In this document: positions 10,495 to 20,104 of the stretch, in pieces | How positions within the stretch are numbered: position 1 is the stretch's first letter | Layout: each line of letters begins with the position of its first letter | Assembly: GCA_040081625.1 (NCBI GenBank) | Contig: JBEBGD010000032.1 | Span: 1-51,865 of the forward strand | DNA length: 51,865 bases | Direction of reading: 5' to 3' | DNA from: Chthoniobacteraceae bacterium | GTDB lineage: Bacteria; Verrucomicrobiota; Verrucomicrobiia; Chthoniobacterales; Chthoniobacteraceae | Notes under the pieces: generated by a model | What the model saw: only the letters and a program-made list of their open reading frames with translations | What the model was told of the DNA's origin: nothing | The model's database searches: none | Translations under genes and position numbers: made by a program

Positions 10495-10736
10495 GCGAAG
10501 CGGCGGAGCACGAGACTCTCGCAGCCTTCACGATCGGCCAGCGCGGTCGGATCGTCGGCTTCGATCTGCCGCCCGAGCAGAGCCAGCGCCTGCTCGAGAT
10601 GGGGATGACCAAGGGAAGCGAGTTTGAAGTCGTGCGCTTTGCGCCGCTCGGCGATCCGGTGGAGTTGAAGGTGCGCGGCTACCATCTCTCGATCCGCAAA
10701 CACGAAGCCGCGGGCATCCGCGTGTCGCGGCTGTAA
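10491..10736 (+). CDS. feoA: Ferrous iron transport protein A (second copy)
   Basis: ATG 10491 (ATGA overlap). RLLEMGMTKG...RFAPLGDPVELKVRGYHLSIRKHEA. Confidence 0.93.
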   Translation: MSEAAEHETLAAFTIGQRGRIVGFDLPPEQSQRLLEMGMTKGSEFEVVRFAPLGDPVELKVRGYHLSIRKHEAAGIRVSRL

Positions 10737-10740
10737 CGCG

Positions 10741-12819
10741 ATGACCGCAACGGCTCCGCAGGTTCGCCACGTCGCCATCGCTGGCAATCCGAACTGCGGG
10801 AAGACCACCATTTTCAACGCGCTCACCGGCCTGCGCCAGCGCACCGGCAACTACCCGGGCGTGACGGTCGAGAAAAAAGTCGGACGCTTCCACGGCACGC
10901 ACGGCGAGCCTTTCGATCTGCTCGACCTGCCGGGCAGCTATTCGCTCCAGGTCCGCTCGCCCGACGAAGCCGTCGCGCGCGACGTGCTGCTCGGCCGGCG
11001 CGACGACACGCCGCGGCCTGACGTGATCATCTGCGTCGTCGATGCCTCGAACATCGAGCGCAACCTCTACCTCGTCGCGCAACTGCTCGAACTCGGCATC
11101 CCCGTCGTCGTCGCGCTGAACATGATCGATGTTGCGGAGCAGGCAGGCACCGTCATCGATCTCGCAGTGTTGCGGGAAAAGCTGGGCGTCCCCGTCGTGC
11201 CGATGATCGCCACGAAAGGCACCGGTTTCGTCGAGCTCAAGCAGGCGCTCTCGCAGCCCATCCCGCCACCGCCGCACTGCGCGCCGATGCCCGAGGACAT
11301 CGAGTTTGAAGTGCTCGTTCTCGCCGACAAGCTCAAGGTCCGCGCCGATGCCGCGCGCTCCGAGGCGCTGCTGCTGCTCACCATCTCCGACCGCGCGCAT
11401 CTCACCGAGGCCGCGCTGGGCGATGCCGCTCTGGTCGAAGCCGCGGCGGGCGCGCGCGAGCGGTTGCGCGCAGCGGGGGTCGATCCCGTCGCCGCGCCGG
11501 TCGAGGCGCGCTACGCGTGGATTCAAGGTGTGTGCGACGCCGCCGTGCGAAAGGCCGACCAGCCCGCGCTCTCGCTCTCCGACAAGCTCGACGGCTGGCT
11601 CACGCACCCGATCTTCGGCTGGGCCGCATTTCTCGGCGTGATGGTGCTGATGTTTGTCGCCATCTTCTGGGTCGCGCAGGTGCCGATGGACCTCATCGAC
11701 GGCGCGACTTCGAGCGTCGCCGACTGGGTGAAATCGAGAGTGCCCGACGGCGATTTCCAGAGCCTGCTCTCCGATGGCGTCGTCACCGGCGTCGGCGGCG
11801 TCGTCATTTTCCTGCCGCAAATTCTCATCCTCTTCTTCTTCCTCGGCCTGCTCGAAGACACCGGCTACATGGCGCGCGCCGCGTTCATCATGGATCGCGT
11901 AATGGCGCGCGTCGGCCTGCACGGGAAATCCTTCATCCCGCTGCTCAGCAGCTTCGCGTGCGCGATCCCCGGCATCATGGCCACGCGCACGATCGAGAAC
12001 CGCAAGGACCGGCTCGTCACCATCCTCGTCGCGCCGCTGATGAGCTGCTCGGCGCGGCTGCCAGTCTATTCGCTGATGATCGCCGTGCTCATCCCGATCG
12101 CGAGCGTGTGGCAGAAAGCGGGCATCATGCTCGCGATGTATCTTGTCGGCCTCGTCGCAGCGTTCGTCATGGCGTGGCTTTTCAAAAAGACCCTGCTCAA
12201 GAGCGAGACACCGATGCTCCTGCTCGAGCTGCCGCCGTATCGCTGGCCGTCCTTCCAGACCGTCCTCCTGCGCATGTGGGAACGCGGCCTCATCTTCCTC
12301 CGCCGCGCCGGCACCGTCATCCTCGCGCTCTCCATCGTCCTGTGGGCGCTGCTCACTTTTCCGAAGCCGGCGGACCCCGACACCACGCCCGCGCAAGCCA
12401 TCGCGCAAAGCTATGGCGGACGCATGGGCCACGCGATCGAACCGCTCATCAAGCCGCTCGGCTACGACTGGAAAATCGGCATCGGCCTCATCGGCAGCTT
12501 CGCCGCGCGCGAAGTCTTCGTCGGCACGATGGGCATCGTCTATAACATCGAGGACGCCGACGACACGAGCGAGCCGCTCCGAGACACGATGCGCAACGAA
12601 AAGCACGCGAGCGGCCGCCCCGTCTTCACGCCGCTCGTTTGCCTCGGCCTCATGGTGTTCTACGTTCTGGCCATGCAATGCGTGAGCACCATCGCCATCG
12701 TCCGCCGCGAGACGAACTCGTGGCGCTGGCCGATTTTCCAGACCGCCTACATGACCGCGCTCGCCTGGCTCGGCGCCTTCGTCGTCTATCAAGGCGGCCG
12801 TCTCCTCGGCTTCCAATGA
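10741..12819 (+). CDS. feoB: Ferrous iron transporter B
   Basis: GNPNCGKT, NYPGVTVE, DLPGSY, NMID GTPase motifs; LEDTGYMARAAF, FACAIP and MSCSARLP gate motifs. Confidence 0.97.
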   Translation: MTATAPQVRHVAIAGNPNCGKTTIFNALTGLRQRTGNYPGVTVEKKVGRFHGTHGEPFDLLDLPGSYSLQVRSPDEAVARDVLLGRRDDTPRPDVIICVVDASNIERNLYLVAQLLELGIPVVVALNMIDVAEQAGTVIDLAVLREKLGVPVVPMIATKGTGFVELKQALSQPIPPPPHCAPMPEDIEFEVLVLADKLKVRADAARSEALLLLTISDRAHLTEAALGDAALVEAAAGARERLRAAGVDPVAAPVEARYAWIQGVCDAAVRKADQPALSLSDKLDGWLTHPIFGWAAFLGVMVLMFVAIFWVAQVPMDLIDGATSSVADWVKSRVPDGDFQSLLSDGVVTGVGGVVIFLPQILILFFFLGLLEDTGYMARAAFIMDRVMARVGLHGKSFIPLLSSFACAIPGIMATRTIENRKDRLVTILVAPLMSCSARLPVYSLMIAVLIPIASVWQKAGIMLAMYLVGLVAAFVMAWLFKKTLLKSETPMLLLELPPYRWPSFQTVLLRMWERGLIFLRRAGTVILALSIVLWALLTFPKPADPDTTPAQAIAQSYGGRMGHAIEPLIKPLGYDWKIGIGLIGSFAAREVFVGTMGIVYNIEDADDTSEPLRDTMRNEKHASGRPVFTPLVCLGLMVFYVLAMQCVSTIAIVRRETNSWRWPIFQTAYMTALAWLGAFVVYQGGRLLGFQ

Positions 12820-12968
12820 GCGCGAACCTCGACACGATCCTCGTCGCTGCCGCCATCCTCGGTGCGCTCGGCTACTTCGCGGCGCGCTACTTTCGCGGAA
12901 AGAAAAGCTGCAACTCCGGCTGCGGCTGCGACGTGGCAAAACGCCCGCCGACCCAGAAGCCGCGCTAA
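12816..12968 (+). CDS. FeoB-associated Cys-rich small membrane protein (50 aa)
   Basis: MSANLDTILVAAAILGALGYFAARYFRGKKSCNSGCGCD...; ATGA overlap with feoB; one TM plus CxxxCxC. Confidence 0.8.
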   Translation: MSANLDTILVAAAILGALGYFAARYFRGKKSCNSGCGCDVAKRPPTQKPR

Positions 12969-13032
12969 TTCTGCCCGGCCGCGAGCGCCTCGTCATTCAA
13001 CGCCTCGAACTGTGCGTTGAACTTTGCTCCGT

Positions 13033-13048
13033 AGGCATCATGATGCCT
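13033..13048. promoter_or_regulatory. Perfect 16-bp palindrome, probable vapBC autoregulatory operator
   Basis: AGGCATCATGATGCCT, ending 2 bp before the antitoxin ATG (13051) and overlapping a -10-like CATGAT. Confidence 0.7.
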
Positions 13049-13050
13049 GC

Positions 13051-13296
13051 ATGAGAACCACATTGACGCTAGACCCTGATGTCGCAGCCAAGGCGAAGAA
13101 AGGCGCGGCCCGATTGCGCAAGCCCTTCAAGGAGGTCATCAATGCCGCCCTGCGCGTGGGACTGGATGAGATCCTTTCTCCGCCGACTGCGAAACCCTAT
13201 CGAACCAAGCCGCGCGCGATGGGGCTCCGCCGGGGCTTCAGCTACGACAATATCTCCGAACTGATCGCCGCTGCCGAGGGAGAGGACCATCAATGA
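13051..13296 (+). CDS. vapB: VapB-type ribbon-helix-helix antitoxin
   Basis: MRTTLTLDPDV...KEVINAALRVGL; ATGA overlap with the PIN toxin gene. Confidence 0.85.
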   Translation: MRTTLTLDPDVAAKAKKGAARLRKPFKEVINAALRVGLDEILSPPTAKPYRTKPRAMGLRRGFSYDNISELIAAAEGEDHQ

Positions 13297-13724
13297 TCCT
13301 CGTGGACGCGAATCTTCTGCTCTACGCCGAAGACAGCTTGTCGGAGCACCACGAGGCTGCCCGGACCTGGTGGGATGCCCAGCTCAGTGGTTCCGATGCG
13401 GTGGGCTTGTGCTGGCCGGTGCTGAACGCCTTCATCCGCATCGCGACGAATGCGCGACTGCACCAGCGTCCGCTCACTCTCAAGGAGGCGGCCGAGCGCG
13501 TGCAAAGCTGGCTCAACCAGTCATGCGTGCGCATCATCCAGCCCACCGATGGGCACTGGGCGATCTTTCAACAAATGCTCCGCAGCGGAAGTGCAGTCGG
13601 CAATCTGGTCACCGACGCCCACCTCGCGGCGCTGGCCGTGGAGCACAACTGCGTGCTCCAATCCACGGACGCCGACTTCTCCCGCTTCCGGGGCCTCAAG
13701 TGGAAGAACCCGATCGGGAAGTGA
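13293..13724 (+). CDS. vapC: VapC PIN-domain toxin
   Basis: MILVDANLLLYA, NLVTDAHLAALA, STDADFSRF, WKNP. Confidence 0.93.
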   Translation: MILVDANLLLYAEDSLSEHHEAARTWWDAQLSGSDAVGLCWPVLNAFIRIATNARLHQRPLTLKEAAERVQSWLNQSCVRIIQPTDGHWAIFQQMLRSGSAVGNLVTDAHLAALAVEHNCVLQSTDADFSRFRGLKWKNPIGK

Positions 13725-13741
13725 AAGCGAGATAGCGTCCG

Positions 13742-14977
13742 CTATGGCCGAGCGGCGCCGATGCAGTGGAGGTGTTCGGACGTGCGGATGAACATGCGTC
13801 CGCCAGCGATCGCCGGAGTCGCCTGCGTCGCTTCCCCGAGCGGATTGCGCGCGAGCATCTCAAATTTGTCCGACGCCGCGACCACGACGACGACTCCCGT
13901 CTTATCCACGCTGAAAAGGCGGCCTCCCGCGCTGACCGGCGAGCTGAAGAACTCGCCGGCGACGCGTTCCGTCCAGAGGATTTCGCCGGTGGCGAGCTTC
14001 GCGCATTGGATCACTCCCTGGTCGTTCCAAAGAAACATGTGATCACCGACCACGATGGGGGACGGGATGTGCGGCGCGCTCTTCTCGATGCGCCACGCTT
14101 CCTCCATCGTGCCGGGAATTTTCCCCGGCTTGAGCACCACGACGTGTTTGTCGCGGCCCGCGAAGCCGCAGTTCGCGATGACGAACTCGCCTGCCACGAG
14201 CGGGGAGGCGATGGCGCGCTCTGGCTTTTTGCCGAAGACGGCATTCTGCCAAAGCTGCCTGCCGCTCGTCGCATCGACGCTGGTGATGCCGAGCCGCCAG
14301 CTCGGGATGATGACCTGCTCGACGCCGCCCGGCGGCTTGTAAATGCAGGGCGTGGCGTAGTTGGAATGGTTCTCGGCCCGCGGCAGTTTCCAGCGCACCT
14401 TGCCGGTCGCGGCATCGAGCGCGAAGAGCGCGCCGTCGCTTTCCTGGTCGTTCGAGAGGATGAGCAATCCGCCGTGGATGATGGGCGAACAACCGAACCC
14501 ATGTTCGCGCTTCACCGGCCCGAGATCCGCCTCCCAAGCCGCGGTGCCGTCGTGAGCAAACGCCGCGACGGTCAGTTTCTCGGACGATCCCCATGTGAAA
14601 TATACGCGCTCCGCATCGACCGCGGGCGTGCTGGCCGCGACGCTGTTGAAGCGATGGTGCCGGTAGGGAGCGCCCGCGATTTCCTCTTTCCAAAGCGTCG
14701 CGCCGTCCTTCGTGCTCACGCACAGCGCGGTGCGCGCGCCTGTTTCCTCGCTGCCGCAGAGGACGAACACGCGGTCGCCCCACACCACGGGCGAGCCGTG
14801 CCCGGTGCCGGGAAGCGCGACTTTCCAAAGCCGGTTCGCATCGGTCCACACGGCCGGAATCGCTGCATCCGAAAGCCCGGAGCCGTTCGGTCCGCGGAAT
14901 CGCGGCCAGTTGTCGGCGACGCAATCAAGCGTGCCGACGACGAGGAATGCGAGTGGGAGAACGATGCGCCAATTCAT
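13742..14977 (-). CDS. Secreted PQQ-binding-like beta-propeller repeat protein
   Basis: Signal peptide then NWPRFRGPNGSG; repeated SP(V/I) and ALDAATGKVRW-type blades; C-terminal ATPAIAGGRMFIRT. Confidence 0.85.
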   Translation of the reverse strand: MNWRIVLPLAFLVVGTLDCVADNWPRFRGPNGSGLSDAAIPAVWTDANRLWKVALPGTGHGSPVVWGDRVFVLCGSEETGARTALCVSTKDGATLWKEEIAGAPYRHHRFNSVAASTPAVDAERVYFTWGSSEKLTVAAFAHDGTAAWEADLGPVKREHGFGCSPIIHGGLLILSNDQESDGALFALDAATGKVRWKLPRAENHSNYATPCIYKPPGGVEQVIIPSWRLGITSVDATSGRQLWQNAVFGKKPERAIASPLVAGEFVIANCGFAGRDKHVVVLKPGKIPGTMEEAWRIEKSAPHIPSPIVVGDHMFLWNDQGVIQCAKLATGEILWTERVAGEFFSSPVSAGGRLFSVDKTGVVVVVAASDKFEMLARNPLGEATQATPAIAGGRMFIRTSEHLHCIGAARP

Positions 14978-15025
14978 GTTGGCGGACGCATCGCATTCGC
15001 CCTTCGGCTTGGGAAGCACCGATAC

Positions 15026-16213
15026 CTACTGCTTCCCGAGCGCGTCCACCGCGGCTTGTTGGAAAGCGCGGCGCACTTCACTCGCGTCGCTGTTCGCAAA
15101 ATTCGCGCGTTGCACCATCAGCACGAACGCGACGCTGCGCACCGGATCGATCCACGCCTGCGTGCCCCACGCGCCGCCGTGGCCGAACGTGCCGGGTGAG
15201 AGCATCGCCGCCACGCCTTCGTGCGGCGTGCGCAGGATGCACGTCCCGAGACCCCAGCCGTAGTTTTTGCCGCGATTGCCGAATGCGTCGCCCTGGAAGA
15301 ATCCCACCGGCAGATCGCCGGTCTGCGGCGTGGCGAGGAACTTCATCGCTTCCGCGCTGAGGTAGCGCCGACCGTCGAGCGTGCCGCCAGCGACGAGCAT
15401 CTGGCAGAAGCGCGCGTAGTCACGCGCGGTCGAGTAGAGCCCGCCATTGCCCAGCGGCGGGCGGTTGCGTGTGCCCTCGTAGCCATCGCGCGGCGGCACC
15501 GCTGAGAGCGCGCCGGTGGCTTTGTCCTTCGCGTAAGCGGTCACGAGCCGGACACGCTGCTCATCGCTGGGATAGAAGGTCGTGTCTTTCATCCCGAGCG
15601 GATCGAAAAACCGCTGCTGGAGAAACGCGTCGAAGCTCATCCCGCTCACCACTTCCACGATGCGCCCGGCGGCGTTGATGCCGCTCTGGCAGTATTTCCA
15701 TTTCTCGCCCGGCTCGAATTGCATCGGCGCGGCGAGCCAGATCGGAACGAGATCGGCGAGCGTCTTCGCCTGCTGCGCCGCGGGTCCGCCCGCTTCGCCG
15801 AGGCCGGAGGTGTGCGTGAGGATCTGCGCGATGGTGAGATTCGCCGGCTTGCCCGACGGCGTCTTCAAGTTCGCAAACTCCGGCAGATACTTCGCCACCG
15901 GATCACTCGCGTGCAGCTTCCCCTCATCCTGCAGCATGAGGATCGCCGCGCCGGTGATTGGCTTCGTCATCGACGCGATCCAAAAGATCGTCTCCGGCGT
16001 CATCGCCCGCTTCGTCGCGACATCCGCGAAGCCGGTGCTCTCGACATGCAGCACCTTGTCCTTCGCGACGACGACGGTGACCGCGCCGGCGACTTCATTC
16101 TTCGCCACCATTTCCTGCATCGCCGCACCGATGCCGGGCAGCTTCGCATCCTCGGCGAAGGCGGATGCGGTGAGACAGGCGAGGGCGACGAGGGGAAGGC
16201 GGCGGAGGATCAT
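15026..16213 (-). CDS. Secreted serine hydrolase, beta-lactamase class C/PBP-like fold
   Basis: SxxK (IASMTK), ILTHTSGL, FEPGEKWKY, GGLYSTARDY, HGGAWGT. Start could be 16222. Confidence 0.88.
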   Translation of the reverse strand: MILRRLPLVALACLTASAFAEDAKLPGIGAAMQEMVAKNEVAGAVTVVVAKDKVLHVESTGFADVATKRAMTPETIFWIASMTKPITGAAILMLQDEGKLHASDPVAKYLPEFANLKTPSGKPANLTIAQILTHTSGLGEAGGPAAQQAKTLADLVPIWLAAPMQFEPGEKWKYCQSGINAAGRIVEVVSGMSFDAFLQQRFFDPLGMKDTTFYPSDEQRVRLVTAYAKDKATGALSAVPPRDGYEGTRNRPPLGNGGLYSTARDYARFCQMLVAGGTLDGRRYLSAEAMKFLATPQTGDLPVGFFQGDAFGNRGKNYGWGLGTCILRTPHEGVAAMLSPGTFGHGGAWGTQAWIDPVRSVAFVLMVQRANFANSDASEVRRAFQQAAVDALGKQ

Positions 16214-16343
16214 GGTGCGCATCGTGCGCTGCGCCGCTGATTCAGCCAATCAAATCCGCTCGGCGGGAACGATGCATTGCGCGCTTCCGGGAGCGGCGGT
16301 TTGCAACCGCCCTCATGCCGATGTAACGGCGGGCGTCTTCGCG

Positions 16344-17234
16344 ATGCCTCCACTTCAACCGCCCACGGTCGCCAATCTCGTCGCCAGCGACTGGCGCGAT
16401 TACGAAATCCTCGACACGGGCGATGGCATGAAGCTCGAGCGCTGGGGCGATGTCGTGCTCGCGCGGCCCGACCCGCAAGTCATCTGGCCGCGCGCGGGCG
16501 AGTGGAAGAAATGGGATGCGTGGTATCACCGCAGCGAGAAGGGCGGCGGCGAATGGGAGTTCCGGCGCAAGCTGCCGAAGTCTTGGACGATCAAATACGG
16601 AGAACTCGTCTTCAAGATCGCGCCGACCGGCTTCAAGCACACCGGGCTTTTCCCAGAGCAGGCCGTGAACTGGGACTGGTGCGGCGGGCAGATCCGCGCC
16701 GCGAAAGCGAAGGGTCGCGAAGTCTCCGTGCTCAATCTCTTCGGCTACACCGGCGCCGCCACGATCGCCGCCGCCGCGGCGGGCGCGAGCGTGTGCCACG
16801 TCGATGCCGCGAAAAGCATGGTCGAATGGTGCCGCGAGAACGCCCGGCTCAGCGGCCTCGGCGACGCGCCGATCCGCTACATCGTGGACGATTGCCTCGC
16901 CTTCGTGCGCCGCGAAATCCGGCGCGGGAAAAAGTATGATGCGATCATCATGGACCCGCCCAGCTACGGCCACGGCGCCGGCGGCGAAGTGTGGAAGCTC
17001 GACACACATCTCTGGCCGCTGATCGAGGACTGCCGCGCGATCCTGTCGGAGCGTCCCGCGTTCTTCCTCGTGAACAGCTACACCACCGGCCTCTCGCCGA
17101 CCGCGCTGGGGAATGTGATGAGCCGGCTGCTCGGCTCGAAAGGTGGCTCGCTCAGCACCGGCGAGGTCGGCCTGGCGATCACCCGCGATGGACTCGTGCT
17201 GCCGTGTGGGATCTACGGCCGCTGGGTTTGGTGA
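16344..17234 (+). CDS. Class I SAM-dependent methyltransferase (RlmI/RlmK/YwbD-like)
   Basis: FKHTGLFPEQ, VLNLFGYTG, HVDAAK, YDAIIMDPPSYG. Confidence 0.85.
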   Translation: MPPLQPPTVANLVASDWRDYEILDTGDGMKLERWGDVVLARPDPQVIWPRAGEWKKWDAWYHRSEKGGGEWEFRRKLPKSWTIKYGELVFKIAPTGFKHTGLFPEQAVNWDWCGGQIRAAKAKGREVSVLNLFGYTGAATIAAAAAGASVCHVDAAKSMVEWCRENARLSGLGDAPIRYIVDDCLAFVRREIRRGKKYDAIIMDPPSYGHGAGGEVWKLDTHLWPLIEDCRAILSERPAFFLVNSYTTGLSPTALGNVMSRLLGSKGGSLSTGEVGLAITRDGLVLPCGIYGRWVW

Positions 17235-17247
17235 GCGTGGCGAAGAC

Positions 17248-18063
17248 TTAGCGCGGCTCTGCGATCGAGCGCACTACCTCGTCGAGCAGCGGCGCGTCCA
17301 TCTCGACGAGATGCCCGCGCTCGGGGAAGCGGCCCTCGTTCACGTCGGCGATGTATTCGCGGAAGGCGGCGAGGCGCTCGGCTTGCAGGCGGCGGTGCTC
17401 GGCGGCGAAGTCGCGGTAGGCTTTCGCGTGGCGCGGGAGGCGTTCGTCGTAGTCGCCGAGGATGTCGTCGGAGAAAAGGAACTGCGTGTCGCAGCCGGGG
17501 CCGGAGCCGAGCGACATGAGGAGCAGCTTCGTCTGCGAGCTGAGCCAGCGCGCGAGATTGTGCGGCACGACTTCGAGCTCCGCGGCGTAGGCGCCCGCAT
17601 TTTCCAGCTCCTTCATCCGGCGATGAAGCTCGCGCGCTTCCTCGACCGTCCGGCCGATCGCGCGGTAGCCGGTCCACGTGACGTGACGTGGCACGAGGCC
17701 GAGATGCCCGACGACCGGGATGCGCTCGCGCGCCATCGCCTCGATGATGAACGGACTCGCCGAGCAATAGACGCTGCTCGCGCCGATCTCGAGCGCTCGG
17801 AAGGCCACGCGGATCGCCTCCTCCGGCGACGCCATCCCGTGCGGCGTCGCGCACGAGAGAAAGCTATTCGGCGCGGCGGCGACGAGATGCGGCAGCCGCG
17901 CCTCCGCCGCGGGGCTGTCGAAGCTGCAACTCATCAAGTCCACGCCCGCCTCCTCCGCGGCGGCGGCTTCCTCCGGCGACTTCACGTGGATGTGCGTGAG
18001 CACGCGCTTTCCCTTGAGCTGTTGGAGATCGAAGACGGTGTATTTTTTTCGGGGGCGGAGCAT
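17248..18063 (-). CDS. Divergent ketopantoate hydroxymethyltransferase (PanB)-like protein
   Basis: IPVVGHLGLVP, ENAGAYAAELEVVP and SLGSGPGCDTQFLFSDDILG match the PanB C-terminal half; N-terminal metal motifs are altered. Confidence 0.78.
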   Translation of the reverse strand: MLRPRKKYTVFDLQQLKGKRVLTHIHVKSPEEAAAAEEAGVDLMSCSFDSPAAEARLPHLVAAAPNSFLSCATPHGMASPEEAIRVAFRALEIGASSVYCSASPFIIEAMARERIPVVGHLGLVPRHVTWTGYRAIGRTVEEARELHRRMKELENAGAYAAELEVVPHNLARWLSSQTKLLLMSLGSGPGCDTQFLFSDDILGDYDERLPRHAKAYRDFAAEHRRLQAERLAAFREYIADVNEGRFPERGHLVEMDAPLLDEVVRSIAEPR

Positions 18064-18078
18064 GGGTGAAGGAGGGAG

Positions 18079-18639
18079 TCAGTTTTGCCAGTGGCCGGTC
18101 ACGCGGATCGGCGTGCCGATTCGGACCCAGTCGTAGAAAAGCTTCGCCGGGTTGCGGCCGAGGCCATTCATCGGCAGCCGGATGCAGCCATGCGAGGCGG
18201 GATGATCCGGCACGACGCTGTAGCCGTGGAGGAAATAGTTGCCGTGAAACTGCACGCTGTAGGGCATCGGCGCGTTGTCGTAGAGGCTCGAGTAGTGCAT
18301 CGGCTCCTTCATCCGCGCGCGGAAGCTGCCATTCGGCGTGCGCCTGCCTTCCATCCCGGTGCTCACGCGCGTCTCGAAGACGAGCTGCCCGCCGTCGTAG
18401 GCGCGCAGCTTCTGCTCGGTCTTGTCGATCACGACGCGCTTCGCCCCGCCAAACGACGGGATGCTCTGCTGCGGAACGGGCAGCCTGCCGACCACCGTCT
18501 GCATGCTCGCGCATCCGGGCAGGAAGACGATCGCGAGGAGGAGGAGAATCCGCCATGCACGCGCGGGAGTCGCGCCGTTCTTCGATTCGTTCGGTTTCTT
18601 CGGGTTCACTCGACCGACTCTGCGTGCTTCGAGCGTCAT
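18079..18639 (-). CDS. L,D-transpeptidase (YkuD-family) lipoprotein
   Basis: LPGC lipobox, VSTG...TPNG, FLHG...PASHGCIRL. Start uncertain. Confidence 0.88.
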   Translation of the reverse strand: MTLEARRVGRVNPKKPNESKNGATPARAWRILLLLAIVFLPGCASMQTVVGRLPVPQQSIPSFGGAKRVVIDKTEQKLRAYDGGQLVFETRVSTGMEGRRTPNGSFRARMKEPMHYSSLYDNAPMPYSVQFHGNYFLHGYSVVPDHPASHGCIRLPMNGLGRNPAKLFYDWVRIGTPIRVTGHWQN

Positions 18640-18655
18640 CGTCCAGTCCGCCCGC

Positions 18656-20104
18656 CTACTCGGCGAGCGTCAGCCGCAGCGTCGGCGGCGCGAGTGTCGG
18701 GTGGCGATTGCCGGCGAAGCCGTGGACGGCGGTCGTGTTTCCCTGCTGCACCGTCTCGCGCACGACGACGAGCGTCGCGCGGCGGTTCGCGTCGGCGTTG
18801 AGGAAATCCGCGAGCGCTTCGCCCTCGATGGAAAACGCGCCGCTCACCACGCCGCGCGGCGTCGTGAACGTGCCGAGCTTCACCGCGCGCGTCGTGTCCA
18901 CGGCGCCGGCATCGGCGGAGAAGGCGGGCGCATTTTCCCACGCGAGCGTCTCGGCGGACCACGCGTCCTGCGCGTCGTCGGTGACTCCATAGACGGCGAA
19001 GACGCACTCGTCGGTGAGCGACGCGTAGCCGAAGCCGGTCGCCTCGAAGTTCAACGCGAGCGACGCCTCGGCCACGCGCCGCTCGCGCAGCGGCGTGAGA
19101 TCGAAACGCAGCAACGCCTTGCGCAGATACGAGGTCGTCGGCGCGTTCTTCACGAGCAGCAGCGTGTCCGAGTAATGGATCGGGCTTTTCGGCGAGACGA
19201 CGTATGCCGCGTCGCCGCTGCCGCCCGCGGTCGTGAGCGCGAGCATCGGCTTGCGCGCGGCGGTGGTCGTGCGGGCGAAGGCGTAGCGGTCCGGCTCGCC
19301 ATCGGCCTTGTCCTTCGTCGGCGAAAATCGCTCCGCGGTGATCGCCGTGGATTCGCGCGTCTGGTGCCGCAGCGTGTCGCCGGAGCGCCCGTGCTGAAGC
19401 TCGACCTCGCCTTGCAACACCTGCACCTGCGCGCGCCCCGCCGCGTCGGTGCTGATCCCGAAGTCAGTGCCGTGATCGATGAGCTTCGCGTTCGCCGTGC
19501 CGACGACGAAGCCCTTCGCCTGCTCCGGCACATGCGCGGTGAGCGCGCCGGAGTGGAGGAAGCACGCGTTCGGTCCGGTCAGTTCGAGTTCCGCGTCGCC
19601 CTCGAGCGAGACCTCCGCGCCGCTTTGGAAAACGATGCGCGCGACGCCATCGGCGAGCCGCAGCCGTCCCGCGTGCAACGCCGAGCCGGGCGAGGTCGGC
19701 AGCGAGGAGTTCTCCCAGCGCGCGCCGTTCGTCTCGACGAGCGTCGCGAGCGGCCGCTCCGCCGGGCGCGGCGTGAACCACCAAATGCCGAGCCCGATCG
19801 CGAGCCCCGCCGCGATCTGCATCGGCCAGCGCGGACAGCGGAGGACGTTGTAGCCGCGGCCCTCTGGGCCGCGCACGTCGCGGAGCGACGTGGCTACAAT
19901 CTCCGCGAGTGGCGCGTCGCTCAGGCGCGGCGCATTCTGCCGCAGCGCGGCGTGCAGGTGCAGCGTCTCGACGTAGAGCCGGCGCAGGTCCGCGTCGCCG
20001 AGCACGAGCGCCTCCAGCCGCGCGCGGTCTTCCGGTGTGAACTCGCCATCGAGCAGGCGGTCGCAGAGTTCGAGCAGTTCGGCTTTCGGATCAGGCTGGT
20101 TCAT
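18656..20104 (-). CDS. FecR-like anti-sigma factor with a C-terminal putative carbohydrate-binding (DNRLRE/CBM96-like) domain
   Basis: N-terminal RLLDGE...LEALV...RRLY anti-sigma helix, one TM, FecR core (GAEVSLEG, IDHGTDFGI, VQVLQGEV), C-terminal RKALLRFDL...PTLRL. Confidence 0.82.
   Translation of the reverse strand: MNQPDPKAELLELCDRLLDGEFTPEDRARLEALVLGDADLRRLYVETLHLHAALRQNAPRLSDAPLAEIVATSLRDVRGPEGRGYNVLRCPRWPMQIAAGLAIGLGIWWFTPRPAERPLATLVETNGARWENSSLPTSPGSALHAGRLRLADGVARIVFQSGAEVSLEGDAELELTGPNACFLHSGALTAHVPEQAKGFVVGTANAKLIDHGTDFGISTDAAGRAQVQVLQGEVELQHGRSGDTLRHQTRESTAITAERFSPTKDKADGEPDRYAFARTTTAARKPMLALTTAGGSGDAAYVVSPKSPIHYSDTLLLVKNAPTTSYLRKALLRFDLTPLRERRVAEASLALNFEATGFGYASLTDECVFAVYGVTDDAQDAWSAETLAWENAPAFSADAGAVDTTRAVKLGTFTTPRGVVSGAFSIEGEALADFLNADANRRATLVVVRETVQQGNTTAVHGFAGNRHPTLAPPTLRLTLAE

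Noticed and set aside
13742..14977. PQQ-dependent dehydrogenase or BamB
   Set aside because: Only generic propeller repeats are visible, and such proteins form a large paralog family in PVC bacteria.
15026..16213. Antibiotic-resistance beta-lactamase
   Set aside because: The SxxK fold is shared by many esterases and peptidases; nothing specifically indicates AmpC activity.
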